This document shows, one piece after another, positions 10,289-19,749 of a stretch of 64,000 nt of DNA (the first letter of the stretch is position 1; each line of letters begins with the position of its first letter). The DNA is from Actibacterium mucosum KCTC 23349 (GTDB taxonomy: Bacteria; Pseudomonadota; Alphaproteobacteria; Rhodobacterales; Rhodobacteraceae): positions 132,206 to 196,205 of the forward strand of contig NZ_JFKE01000003.1 of the NCBI RefSeq assembly GCF_000647975.1. The letters run 5' to 3'. The notes under the pieces are model-generated. The model was given only the letters and a program-made list of their open reading frames with translations, did no database searches and had not been told where the DNA came from. Position numbers and translations under genes: made by a program.

Positions 10289-11305
10289 GTGCAGAAGAAC
10301 TCCAACCTGATCCACTTTGCCATCCGATACGGCTTTTTGCTGTTGCTGGCGGGGCTGGTCCTCTATTTCTCGATCTTTGCGCCTGGCTTTGCCGGGCCAC
10401 GCTCGGCGGTCTTCGTGTTCCAGTCGGTGGCGATCACCGGCATTCTGGCCTTGGGGGTAACCTGCACGCTGGTGGTGGACGGGTTCGACCTGTCCATCGG
10501 CTCGGTTGCCACGTCGGCCTTAATGATGTCGGCCTATTTCATGGTGATCCTCGAACAGCCCGCTTGGGTGGCGGTGCTGGCTTGCTTGGCGATGGGCGCC
10601 TTCGTTGGGCTGGTCAACGGGCTGTTGATCGTGAAAATGCGCGTGCCGGACCTTCTGGCGACGCTGGGAATGATGTTCCTGCTGATCGGCCTGCAGCGCA
10701 TCCCGACCGAGGGGCGCTCCATCTCCACGGGCATGGCGTTGCCCGGCGGAGGCAATGCCGAGGGGACGTTCTCCGCCGCCTTCCTGTGGCTGGGTCGTCA
10801 CCGGTTTGACTTTTTCCTCGAAAAACTGATCCCGGTTCCGGTGATCATCTTCGTGCTGCTTGGCGTGCTGATCTGGATCTTTCTCCACCTCACCCGGCAT
10901 GGGCGCCTGATGTATGCCATCGGATCGAACGAAAGAGCGTCCGAGTTGGCCGGGGCAAATGTACAGGGCTACAAAATTGCCGCCTACATGATCTCGGGCG
11001 TAACGGCGTCGATCGGGGGCATATTACTGGCTGCACGTCTTGGACGTGGCGATGTGGCATCCGGCAACAACCTGCTGCTGGACAGCGTCGCCGCCGCGCT
11101 AATCGGGTTCGCAGTATTGGGGGCAGCCAAACCAAACGCTTTTGGCACCGCCGTCGGGGCGATCTTTGTGGGCATCCTGTTGCAAGGTCTGACGATGATG
11201 AACGCCCCCTACTACACACAGGATTTCGTCAAAGGCGCCGTGCTTGTCGTAGCGCTTGTATTCACTTTCGCGCTGTCAGGGAGGAAGCGCGGCTCAGGGC
11301 ACTAG
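10289..11305 (+). CDS. sugar ABC transporter permease (RbsC/branched-chain-type, CUT2)
   Basis: 338 aa and strongly hydrophobic, consistent with a multi-pass membrane protein. It follows the ATPase gene by 1 bp. Confidence 0.8.
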   Translation: MQKNSNLIHFAIRYGFLLLLAGLVLYFSIFAPGFAGPRSAVFVFQSVAITGILALGVTCTLVVDGFDLSIGSVATSALMMSAYFMVILEQPAWVAVLACLAMGAFVGLVNGLLIVKMRVPDLLATLGMMFLLIGLQRIPTEGRSISTGMALPGGGNAEGTFSAAFLWLGRHRFDFFLEKLIPVPVIIFVLLGVLIWIFLHLTRHGRLMYAIGSNERASELAGANVQGYKIAAYMISGVTASIGGILLAARLGRGDVASGNNLLLDSVAAALIGFAVLGAAKPNAFGTAVGAIFVGILLQGLTMMNAPYYTQDFVKGAVLVVALVFTFALSGRKRGSGH

Positions 11306-11334
11306 CCCGCATTATCTTCATGGGAGGAAGAACA

Positions 11335-12381
11335 ATGAAACTACTAAGACGCAATGTACTGGGTCTGATCGGCGGCGCAGCCACCGCGCTTGGCGCAGGG
11401 GCTGCACTTTCGGCGGACATGCCCGCGCCGTTCGACAATGCCGGCGACGTGAAGATTGCGCTTGTGCGCTATCTTTCAACCGGAGACTTTTTCCAAGCCT
11501 ATCTGTCGGGCGTGGAGACGCAGGCGGCTGCGCTTGGCGTTGATCTGCGCGTGTTTGACAGCCGTCAGGACGCCGCGCTGCAATCGGACATGGTAGACCA
11601 GGCGATTGCCCTGGGCGTGGACGGCATCGTGATTCAGCACGGGCTGACCGAGTCGATGAAGGACGCGGCCCAGCGCGCCGTGGATGCGGGCATCAAGGTT
11701 GTGGCCTTTGACGTGAATGTCGAAAACGCCGCCATTCCGCAGATCGAACAGTCGGATTATCTGTTGGGCAAGCTGGCGCTGGAACAGGCGCTGGAGGATA
11801 ACGGCTCCACCTGGGAGGCCGGCTATGTCTATGTCCCCGGCATCGCGCCATTGGATCGCCGCCACGTTGCATGGGAAGAAGTGAAAGCCGCCAACCCCAA
11901 TATCGTAGAGAAAGTGGTGATCGGCACGCTGGACAACCCCATCGCGAACTCCAATGCCAACCAGGCACGCGCGGCGCTGCAGGCCAACCCGAACATCAAC
12001 GTGTTCTTTGCGCCCTATGACGAGTTCGCAAAGGGTGTGAAAATCGCGGTGGACGAGGCCGGCATGACCGATCAGGTATCCATCTATTCGGCTGACGTGT
12101 CGACCGCCGACATTGCCGCTATGCGCGAGCCGGGCTCGGCCTGGAAAGCCACCGTTGCCACGAACCCGGCCGTTGTGGGCGAGGTTTCGGTGCGCGCCTT
12201 GGCTATGCTTCTGGCCGGCGAAGACCCCGGTGACAGCGTCATTGTCCCACCGACCCTGATCACCCAGTCATTCCTGAATGACAAAGACATCAAAAACATG
12301 GGCGATCTGGCTGCCAACATGCCGCAATTTGCACACGCAGACGTAGCCACCCCCGATTGGATGCCGCTGCCAGCACGCTGA
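11335..12381 (+). CDS. periplasmic monosaccharide-binding protein of the CUT2 ABC transporter
   Basis: GGGAGGAAG lies 5 nt upstream of the ATG. The N-terminus is a signal peptide (MKLLRRNVLGLIGGAATALGAGAALSA), followed by a type I periplasmic-binding fold. Confidence 0.75.
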   Translation: MKLLRRNVLGLIGGAATALGAGAALSADMPAPFDNAGDVKIALVRYLSTGDFFQAYLSGVETQAAALGVDLRVFDSRQDAALQSDMVDQAIALGVDGIVIQHGLTESMKDAAQRAVDAGIKVVAFDVNVENAAIPQIEQSDYLLGKLALEQALEDNGSTWEAGYVYVPGIAPLDRRHVAWEEVKAANPNIVEKVVIGTLDNPIANSNANQARAALQANPNINVFFAPYDEFAKGVKIAVDEAGMTDQVSIYSADVSTADIAAMREPGSAWKATVATNPAVVGEVSVRALAMLLAGEDPGDSVIVPPTLITQSFLNDKDIKNMGDLAANMPQFAHADVATPDWMPLPAR

Positions 12382-12393
12382 TCAAACCAATAA

Positions 12394-12434
12394 GGGCAGC
12401 GGCCCCAACCGGGTCGCTGCCCTACTTTGCTTTC
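12394..12434 (+). terminator. rho-independent terminator after the ABC substrate-binding-protein gene
   Basis: Stem GGGCAGCG, loop, CGCTGCCC, then TACTTTGCTTT. Confidence 0.5.
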
Positions 12435-12636
12435 CGGACAAAGCTTTGCAGCTTGCCTTTAGACACCTCGATTTGCAGTGGCGAAGTTGCGCCCCCGGTT
12501 TATCGCACCAGGTGTCCACATGACGTTTTCCGACGCACAACAGATGCCCAAGCGCTCAGACGCTAAGACGGCAAGCAATTGGCCAAACGTGCGCGCTTTT
12601 GGCTCCTTTAGTCCACGCGCGCATTGGCTTATCTGC

Positions 12637-13107
12637 TTACCACGAATTGTACGCCAAGAATTTCCCTGACATTTCCAGCTTTACACGGTCACCTTTCTCA
12701 TGGGGGACCTTGGTGACGGACATGTCAAAGTCGATCGCAGACATGATCCCTGTGCCGAACTTTTCTTCGATCAGAGCCTTCAATGTAGGGCCATAGACGC
12801 CAACAATTTCGTAAAACCGGTAAATGCACGGGTCCGTTGGAACCGCCTGCTCCCACACTTTGGTGGGCGCTTCATTCAAAACGCTGGCTGCTTCCTGCGG
12901 AAGCCCCAACGCTGCAACCAAAAGCGCGGCCTTTTCCTCTGGGAATGCGTTCATACCCATAGAGGCGGAATGGGTAAAAACAGGTGACATATCGATCTTT
13001 TCTGCAATGTCTTCCCAGGTCAGACCCGCCGTTTTCTTGGCGGACAGGATCATCATTGTCACGTCTTCTTTGGTCATCATCGTTGGCACCTCAATTGCAT
13101 CTTTCAT
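12637..13107 (-). CDS. cynS: cyanate hydratase (cyanase)
   Basis: 156 aa, the same length as E. coli CynS. The conserved C-terminal block PTDPCIYRFYEIVGVYGPTLKALIEEKFGTGIMSAIDF is present. Confidence 0.9.
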   Translation of the reverse strand: MKDAIEVPTMMTKEDVTMMILSAKKTAGLTWEDIAEKIDMSPVFTHSASMGMNAFPEEKAALLVAALGLPQEAASVLNEAPTKVWEQAVPTDPCIYRFYEIVGVYGPTLKALIEEKFGTGIMSAIDFDMSVTKVPHEKGDRVKLEMSGKFLAYNSW

Positions 13108-13134
13108 GGGTTTTCCTCTTGGTGGATTTTTGCG

Positions 13135-13614
13135 TCATAGGCCAAGTTCGCTGAGCCCGGGGTGATCGTCCGGGCGTCTGCCCTGAGGCCAATGGAACAG
13201 GCGATCACTCTCTGCGATCGCCACGTCATTGATCGAGGCATGGCGCACCGCCATGTGGCCTGTCTGGGTGAACTCCCAGTTTTCGTTGCCATGGGCGCGG
13301 AACCACTGGCCCGTCTCGTCATGCCATTCATAGCAAAACCGAACGGCGATCCGGTGGCCCTCATGGGCCCAGATTTCCTTGATCAGGCGATAACCGTTCT
13401 CTTTGGCCCATTTGCGCTTCAGGAAGGCGCGCACGTCTTCTCGGCCGTTCAGGAACGCGTCCCTGTTGCGCCAGCGCGTTTCCGGCGAATAAGCCATCGC
13501 CACCTTATCTGGATCGCGCGTGTTCCAAGCGTCCTCGGCCATCCGCACCTTCTTGACTGCGTCTTCATGGGTGAAAGGCGGCAGTGGGGGGCGAAGTTGG
13601 GGCTGATCTGTCAT
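13135..13614 (-). CDS. DUF1348 / NTF2-like family protein
   Basis: 159 aa with the pattern [34 protein letters not shown]...[22 protein letters not shown]. It sits between the ABC ATPase gene and cynS. Confidence 0.55.
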   Translation of the reverse strand: MTDQPQLRPPLPPFTHEDAVKKVRMAEDAWNTRDPDKVAMAYSPETRWRNRDAFLNGREDVRAFLKRKWAKENGYRLIKEIWAHEGHRIAVRFCYEWHDETGQWFRAHGNENWEFTQTGHMAVRHASINDVAIAESDRLFHWPQGRRPDDHPGLSELGL

Positions 13615-13624
13615 TTCCAGCGCC

Positions 13625-14530
13625 TCACTCGTTCACAACCGCCTGCAGGGCCGGTGCAGGCTCCGGGTCTGTGTCGTCTTTTGTCTTGTCAATCACTACG
13701 CTTTGCGGCGACTGGTCATCTTGGTCGGACTTTTGTCCGGCAAGCTCCAGCGAGCGCTGACCAAGAAACTGTACGAGGTGGTTTCGGATCGCATAGTAAT
13801 TCGGATGCTCGACAATCTCGGTCCGATTGCGCGGACGCGGGATGGTGATCTCAACGGACTCGGCCACACGGGCAAAAGGGCCGTTTGTCATCAACAATAT
13901 CCGGTCGGCCAGAAGGATCGCCTCGTCGATGTCGTGGGTGATCATGAACACGGTCTGTTCGGTTTGGCTCCAAACCTTGATCAATTCATCCTGGATCGTG
14001 CCACGTGTCAGGGCGTCCAGCGCGCCAAACGGTTCATCCAGCAGCAGCAGTTTTGGCTGGTTGGCAAAAGCCCGCGCGATCGAAACCCGTTGGCGCATCC
14101 CCCCTGATAGTTGACTGGGTTTACGGTGCACAACATCGCCTTCAAGCCCCACCATTGCCAGGTATTGGCGTGCGTGATCCTCTACTTGCTTTTTCGACCA
14201 ATCCTTGTGCCGTGCAGCGACGCCAAATGTGACGTTCTTCAACGCCGACAGCCACGGCAGCAGCGAATAGTTCTGAAACACCACACCACGGTCCAGCGAC
14301 GGGCCAGACACGTGCATACCATCCATCTTGACAACGCCCGAGGTTGGCTCGGCCAGACCGGCCAAGATGTTCATGATTGTCGACTTGCCACAACCGGAAT
14401 GGCCCAGGATGCAGACAAATTCACCTTTCTCCACACCGAAAGTGCTGTTCTCGAACACGGTGAGCGTCCCACCCGCCCCGTCCGGAAACTGTTGGGTAAG
14501 GCGTTCAATCGAAAGAAACGGTTTAGCCAT
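13625..14530 (-). CDS. NitT/TauT-family ABC transporter ATP-binding protein (cyanate/nitrate/bicarbonate type, CynD/NrtD-like)
   Basis: Start MAKPFL, with AAGGAA 7 nt upstream. Walker A is GHSGCGKST; LSGGMRQRV and the Walker B LLLLDEP are present. Confidence 0.8.
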   Translation of the reverse strand: MAKPFLSIERLTQQFPDGAGGTLTVFENSTFGVEKGEFVCILGHSGCGKSTIMNILAGLAEPTSGVVKMDGMHVSGPSLDRGVVFQNYSLLPWLSALKNVTFGVAARHKDWSKKQVEDHARQYLAMVGLEGDVVHRKPSQLSGGMRQRVSIARAFANQPKLLLLDEPFGALDALTRGTIQDELIKVWSQTEQTVFMITHDIDEAILLADRILLMTNGPFARVAESVEITIPRPRNRTEIVEHPNYYAIRNHLVQFLGQRSLELAGQKSDQDDQSPQSVVIDKTKDDTDPEPAPALQAVVNE

Positions 14531-14540
14531 GTTGGTTTCC

Positions 14541-15542
14541 TTATTCCGAGTAAGCAACGGCGCGTTGCAGGCGGGCAAACGCCGCGTCCAGCAGCATGCC
14601 GACAACACCGATGAACAAGATCGCAACGATCATGCGATCGAGCCGCAGCCCGTTCCATTCGTTCCAGACGACGTAGCCGATACCCGTACCACCAACGAGC
14701 ATCTCGGCCGCGACGATCACAAGCCACGCAATGCCAATCGAAATACGCATGCCCGTTATGATGGTTGGTGCGGCAGCTGGCAGGATCACCGTCAAAGCTG
14801 TGCGCATTGAGCCCAGCTCGTGCGTGCGGGCAACGTTGACCCAATCAGAGCGCACGTTTGCAACGCCAAAGGCTGTATTGGTCAGCATCGGCCAGAGCGA
14901 GCAAATGAAGATCACGAACAGCGACGAAAGCTCGCTGTCTCCAATTGTGAAAAGGGCAATTGGCATCCAGGCCAGCGGCGAAATGGGCTTGAGAACCTGA
15001 ATGTAGGGGTCAAGGGCACGAAAAAACAAAGGCGACATGCCAATAAGAAAGCCCAGCGGGATCGCAACCGCGGCGGCTAGGGTATAGCCAATCACAACGC
15101 GCAATAGCGAATAGCCCATCTGGATTCCAAACCCCATGTCATTGGTTCCATTGACATAAAATGGGTCGGTGATGGTGGCCCAAAGCTCTTTGCCGATTAG
15201 CGCCGGCGAGGGGAAGAGCGAACCTGGCGCCGGGGCCGAGTTTTCGTCGGGCACACTGATTCCAAGCGCACGAATGCCTCCAGCAGCTTCAATCATGGCG
15301 CGGGACAGGCCAAGATTGGCGATTTGTTCAAGCTGAGCATAGGCCACGCCCTCGGCCGCATAAGTGTCGATATCTTCGCCGCTCATGTTGGCGGCCAACA
15401 GGGTGTCGCGCTGTTCTTGCGAAAGTTGAACGCCGATCGGTCCGGTATCGGGGACATGTGTTGCCGCATGCCAGATCAGAAGACCGACGACGAATATGGC
15501 AACCGAAAGCAAGGTGCTCCGTGCGTCAAGATTTGCGAACAT
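14541..15542 (-). CDS. NitT/TauT-family ABC transporter permease (CynB/NrtB-like)
   Basis: Start MFANLDAR..., with GGAG upstream. The protein is polytopic and shows the binding-protein-dependent transport signature region. Confidence 0.75.
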   Translation of the reverse strand: MFANLDARSTLLSVAIFVVGLLIWHAATHVPDTGPIGVQLSQEQRDTLLAANMSGEDIDTYAAEGVAYAQLEQIANLGLSRAMIEAAGGIRALGISVPDENSAPAPGSLFPSPALIGKELWATITDPFYVNGTNDMGFGIQMGYSLLRVVIGYTLAAAVAIPLGFLIGMSPLFFRALDPYIQVLKPISPLAWMPIALFTIGDSELSSLFVIFICSLWPMLTNTAFGVANVRSDWVNVARTHELGSMRTALTVILPAAAPTIITGMRISIGIAWLVIVAAEMLVGGTGIGYVVWNEWNGLRLDRMIVAILFIGVVGMLLDAAFARLQRAVAYSE

Positions 15543-15612
15543 TCCGCTGCTCCAGATAAAAAATTGGGGGTCGGGGCACGCACGCACCCCGACCCTGTGG
15601 CTTCACTACGCC

Positions 15613-17040
15613 TTAGATGGTGCGGCTAAACGGCTGGTTGTTGATGAACTCTTGCGCCTGCGCGGGCGAAAACTGTTCACCCTGGATCTCAACCGGCGCA
15701 TACACGTCCTGTTCTGCGTCCGAGAAGGTCAAGTTCGCATCCGCCGCCATCATTTTGCGCATGGTTTCACGCGTCGTGGTGGTCAGAACGAGGTCCTCTG
15801 CCAATGTCGCATAGTTCGTATCGCTGTCGATATAGTTCCAGCGACGCAGCTGCGACAGGACCCAGGTGCCCATGGTCTGTGTCGGCAACGGCATGAACGA
15901 AATCCGGTCCGGCACGTTCTTGATGTTCCCCTGACCATCCGGGAATACACCTGTCAGGATCTGTTTCAGGATTTCGACCGGTTGGTTGAGATAGTTGGCC
16001 GGCGCCATGGATTCGGCAAAGGCGACGCGTCCTTCCGCGGTCTCAGCCGCGGCTGTAGATTCCAGAATGGACGTTGTCAGGGCCATGGTTGTGTTCGGGT
16101 TCTCGTTGATGAATGTCTCTGACAGGCCAAACACACAGCACGGATGCTGCTTCCAGAGATCCAGTGTCAGCTTGTGGATAAAGCCCACCTGGTCATAGAC
16201 GGCGCGCTGACAGAACGGATCCGGTGCGAGGTACCCATCCACGTTTTCCGAGCGCAGGTTAGCGACCATCTCGGGCGGCGGAACAACGCGGATCTGAATG
16301 TCGCGGTCGGGATCCAAACCTGCGGCGGACACGTAGTTGCGCAGCAACAGGTTGTGCATGGAATACTCGAAGGGAACGGCGAATTTGAAGCCTTTCCAGT
16401 TGGCAGGATCCTGATTATCGCGGTGCTTGTTGGCCAACACAATGGCCTGACCGTTGGTGTTTACATTCGACACCACTTTCCAGGGTTGCGCGGTCGAGCC
16501 GATCCCCAAGGACATGGCCATGGGCATCGGGAACAGCAGGTGCGAGCCGTCATATTCACCATTCAGACACTTATCACGAGACACGGCCCAACCAGCGGTT
16601 TTCACGATATCGACGTCCAGCCCGTAGCGCTGATAAAAGCCCAAAGCGTGGCCACCGATAATCGGCGTTGCACAGGTGATGGGAACAAAGCCAAGCGTCA
16701 GTTTGGTTTTTTCCAGGTTCTTCATGGCCTCTTCGGCCATCAATTGCAGCGATGACAACGGGAAGACGGTCGCGACAGCTGCAAGAGCACCGGTGACGCC
16801 CGCGCTGCGCAAAAAGGCGCGGCGCGAAATATCGGTTTTGAAGAGCCCCTGCATAACCGAGCTTTCAAGCGCCCGCGTCATCCCGACCTCGGCGTTCAGC
16901 GACTGCTTGGCCCTGCGACGCAGAACATCTGCATCCTCCGGCGTAAGCCCGGCATAGGGGTCCGCCGGTTCGCCCGACGCTTCGCCGCATTCATTCCAAA
17001 CATCAATGTTTGGGTTAAACGGATCTTTAAAGTGGGTCAT
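15613..17040 (-). CDS. NrtA/CynA-like periplasmic substrate-binding protein carrying a Tat (twin-arginine) signal
   Basis: A Tat motif, SRRAFLRSAG, is followed by a hydrophobic stretch and an NMT1/NrtA-like domain. The start codon is ambiguous: in-frame Met codons at 16881 and 16854 would give a shorter n-region. Confidence 0.65.
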   Translation of the reverse strand: MTHFKDPFNPNIDVWNECGEASGEPADPYAGLTPEDADVLRRRAKQSLNAEVGMTRALESSVMQGLFKTDISRRAFLRSAGVTGALAAVATVFPLSSLQLMAEEAMKNLEKTKLTLGFVPITCATPIIGGHALGFYQRYGLDVDIVKTAGWAVSRDKCLNGEYDGSHLLFPMPMAMSLGIGSTAQPWKVVSNVNTNGQAIVLANKHRDNQDPANWKGFKFAVPFEYSMHNLLLRNYVSAAGLDPDRDIQIRVVPPPEMVANLRSENVDGYLAPDPFCQRAVYDQVGFIHKLTLDLWKQHPCCVFGLSETFINENPNTTMALTTSILESTAAAETAEGRVAFAESMAPANYLNQPVEILKQILTGVFPDGQGNIKNVPDRISFMPLPTQTMGTWVLSQLRRWNYIDSDTNYATLAEDLVLTTTTRETMRKMMAADANLTFSDAEQDVYAPVEIQGEQFSPAQAQEFINNQPFSRTI

Positions 17041-17261
17041 CGATTATCCCTGTTTTGGTTTTCAAAACGTTTGCGCGACGAACGACGGAGGGGGATCATT
17101 GCGTTGGGCAACGACTCGACTCTGTCGATTAAATCGCGTCTCAACCCATTTTGCTTTGGCCCTTGGGAAAAAAAAGGCGTTGCCAAAAATTTGTGCTGTC
17201 TAAAAATTTACAACAAAAACAATGCCTAACTCAGTGTTAGCGGAAGGGATGAAATACGATT

Positions 17262-17278
17262 TTTCGTAATTTACGAAA
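17262..17278. promoter_or_regulatory. palindrome TTTCGTAA-T-TTACGAAA in the AT-rich divergent region between the cyn operon and the EBP-like regulator gene
   Basis: Read directly from the sequence. The 8 bp arms are perfect. It lies about 40 bp upstream of the regulator ATG. Confidence 0.3.
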
Positions 17279-17318
17279 TTTCGTTGGCTCTGCGGCGGAA
17301 TGTGTTAACGCTGGAACC

Positions 17319-19175
17319 ATGAATACAGCCCATCATGCTTCCGCCTCTCCTGTCGCGGGTTTGCCCGAGGCGGCACTCGTTCTGTGCACCCGCACGGATA
17401 CGATTAGCGACATCAACGACCACGCGCTCAGCTTGCTGGGCTTAAAAGACGGCCCGTTTCCGACTTTTGCGCGCTTTATTGGCGCTCAGCTTGCCGAGTT
17501 CATGGTCTTCATCGACGAGGTGGACACCCGTGGCGAGGCATGGACGCGCAAAATCAGCATCACTTCTTTGCAAGACGATGTCCTGAGGTGCGAGCTGAAA
17601 GCGCGCCGATACGAAGACGGCACGAACCGTATACTGTTGATGATTACCGACCTCGACTCGATGGATCGTCGCGCTCATATCGAAGAGGTGGCCGAGCTTC
17701 AGCGCGCCGGACTGGACGAATGGCGCCGTGCGGAAAGCTTCTTTTCCGAACTTGAGCGTCGCAATCAGCTGATCCTGAATGCGGCCGGCGAAGGCATTTA
17801 TGGGCTAAATGCCGAAGGCAAGACGACCTTCGTCAATCGTGCCGCGCAAGAAATGCTGGGTTGGACAACCGACGATCTTTTGGGCAAAGACATCCATTCA
17901 ATCATGCATCATACCCATTTGTCCGGCGAACCTTACCACCACCATGACTGCCCCATCTACAAGTCCTTCCGGTTCGAACAGGTTAATCGCATCGAAGACG
18001 AAGTGTTCTGGCGGAAAGACGGCAAACCGATCCGCGTCGAGTATATTTCAACCCCAATTTACGACCACCAGATCCTCGCCGGGGCGGTTGTCATTTTCCG
18101 CGACATAAGCGAGCGCAAGGAAAACGAGTTCAAACTCAAAACCGCGCTTCAGGAAGTGGCAGAACTGCGCGACCGGCTGGAAGAGGAAAACGCCTATCTG
18201 CAAGAAGAAATCAACTCTGAGCGTGCGCACCACGATATTATCGGTACATCCGCGGCTACTGCGCAGGTTCTTGCCCAGATCGACCTGGTTGCAGAAACCG
18301 AAGCGACAGTGATGATTTCGGGGGAACCCGGCACGGGCAAGTCTTTGATTGCGAAAGAGATTCACCAAGGCAGCCCCCGACGCAAACGCCCCCTCATCCA
18401 TTTCAACTGCAGCTCTGTTGTGCCGGAAGCCGTAGAGGCGGAGTTGTTCGGGCAAGTGCGCGGCGGGCCGAACGCCGCCAAGCACGACAAGCCCGGCAAG
18501 CTGGAGCTTGCCCATGGCGGAACGTTGTTTTTGGACGAGGTTGAAGACCTGCCGACAAATATCCAGGGAAAGCTGCTCCACGCTTTGCAAAACAAGTCCG
18601 TCACTCGTCTGGGCGATACACGCGAAAAACCGCTGGACATCCGTGTGATTTCCGCCACGACCCTTTCGCCCAGTCGCGCCTCTGCAAAAAAGACGCTTCG
18701 CGAGGCTCTGTATATGCACTTGAGCGTGTTCCCGATTTCATGCCTTCCACTTCGCGAAAGGCCCGAGGACATCCCGTCTCTGGCGGCACATCTTCTCAAA
18801 GATGCCTGCAAAAAGCTCAACAGGCCGGTCCCCAAGATCACAGAGCGGGTCATGCAGCAACTGCAAAGCTATTCCTGGCCCGGAAACGTGCGGGAGTTGC
18901 GCAACCTGATTGAACGCGCCGTCATTGTTTCCAAAGGGAACAAGCTGCAAATTGAGCTTTCGGGCAACATTTTCGAAGGCGCAACCAGCGAAGACAACAT
19001 CAAAACCGAGGCCGAGCTGCAGGCCTTCGTTCGGGCAAACCTTGCTGCTGCATTGCGGATCACCCAAGGCAAAGTGTCGGGGCCAACCGGTGCTGCCGCG
19101 ATCCTGGATATGCCGGCGACGACCGTGTATTCGCGCATTAAGTCTTTCGGTCTTTCGGAAGCAGACTGGGAATAG
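17319..19175 (+). CDS. PAS-domain enhancer-binding-protein (NtrC/Fis family AAA+ activator) homologue with a degenerate GAFTGA motif
   Basis: 618 aa. The parts are an N-terminal sensor region, a PAS fold (residues ~150-265), an AAA+ domain with Walker A GEPGTGKS and Walker B GGTLFLDEV, and a C-terminal Fis-type HTH (ATTVYSRIKSFGL). The position normally occupied by GHEKGAFTGA reads GQVRGGPNAA. Confidence 0.8.
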   Translation: MNTAHHASASPVAGLPEAALVLCTRTDTISDINDHALSLLGLKDGPFPTFARFIGAQLAEFMVFIDEVDTRGEAWTRKISITSLQDDVLRCELKARRYEDGTNRILLMITDLDSMDRRAHIEEVAELQRAGLDEWRRAESFFSELERRNQLILNAAGEGIYGLNAEGKTTFVNRAAQEMLGWTTDDLLGKDIHSIMHHTHLSGEPYHHHDCPIYKSFRFEQVNRIEDEVFWRKDGKPIRVEYISTPIYDHQILAGAVVIFRDISERKENEFKLKTALQEVAELRDRLEEENAYLQEEINSERAHHDIIGTSAATAQVLAQIDLVAETEATVMISGEPGTGKSLIAKEIHQGSPRRKRPLIHFNCSSVVPEAVEAELFGQVRGGPNAAKHDKPGKLELAHGGTLFLDEVEDLPTNIQGKLLHALQNKSVTRLGDTREKPLDIRVISATTLSPSRASAKKTLREALYMHLSVFPISCLPLRERPEDIPSLAAHLLKDACKKLNRPVPKITERVMQQLQSYSWPGNVRELRNLIERAVIVSKGNKLQIELSGNIFEGATSEDNIKTEAELQAFVRANLAAALRITQGKVSGPTGAAAILDMPATTVYSRIKSFGLSEADWE

Positions 19176-19447
19176 ACGCCCCCCTTAGGAACGCCGTTCG
19201 GCCCAATGGATCAACATTCGCCAGTTCGACGACTACGCCACCACTTCCCTGTTTTTTAGACAAGCGCTTAGTAGGCACCAAGGTTGGAAAGCGGCGCTCC
19301 ACGTTTTGAACTACGCAAGGAAGCTTTGGCCCTATACGCACTGCTCAGACCAACAACAAAATGCGGCAAGGCAACTCCCGCGACCCCTCGTAGGAACAGG
19401 AGGGCTCTGCAACCTAAAACGAGCTCTTTCACTGTCCACGGTTTTCG

Positions 19448-19537
<90 letters not shown>

Positions 19538-19749
19538 GCGGAAGCTTCGGATTAACCTGCAAGAAATGATTCTGAAACCCCAATCGACAGGCCGAAAATT
19601 GCCCAACTGCCGGGTAGCGGCCTTTCCATAGGTCGGCATCACGGTTATCCTTCGCGCGTGCGCGCCATCAAGAAGCGCGTATTCGAGGGCAACTCGGCCA
19701 GACCGGCATGGATCAGGATGGCCAGGTAAGGGCGGTAAAGGGGCAAGTT

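Noticed and set aside
17041-17318. sigma54 -24/-12 promoter upstream of cynA
   Set aside because: I scanned both strands for GG-N10-GC with TGGCA/TTGC context and found no convincing match. That is consistent with the degenerate GAFTGA motif but is not proof of absence.
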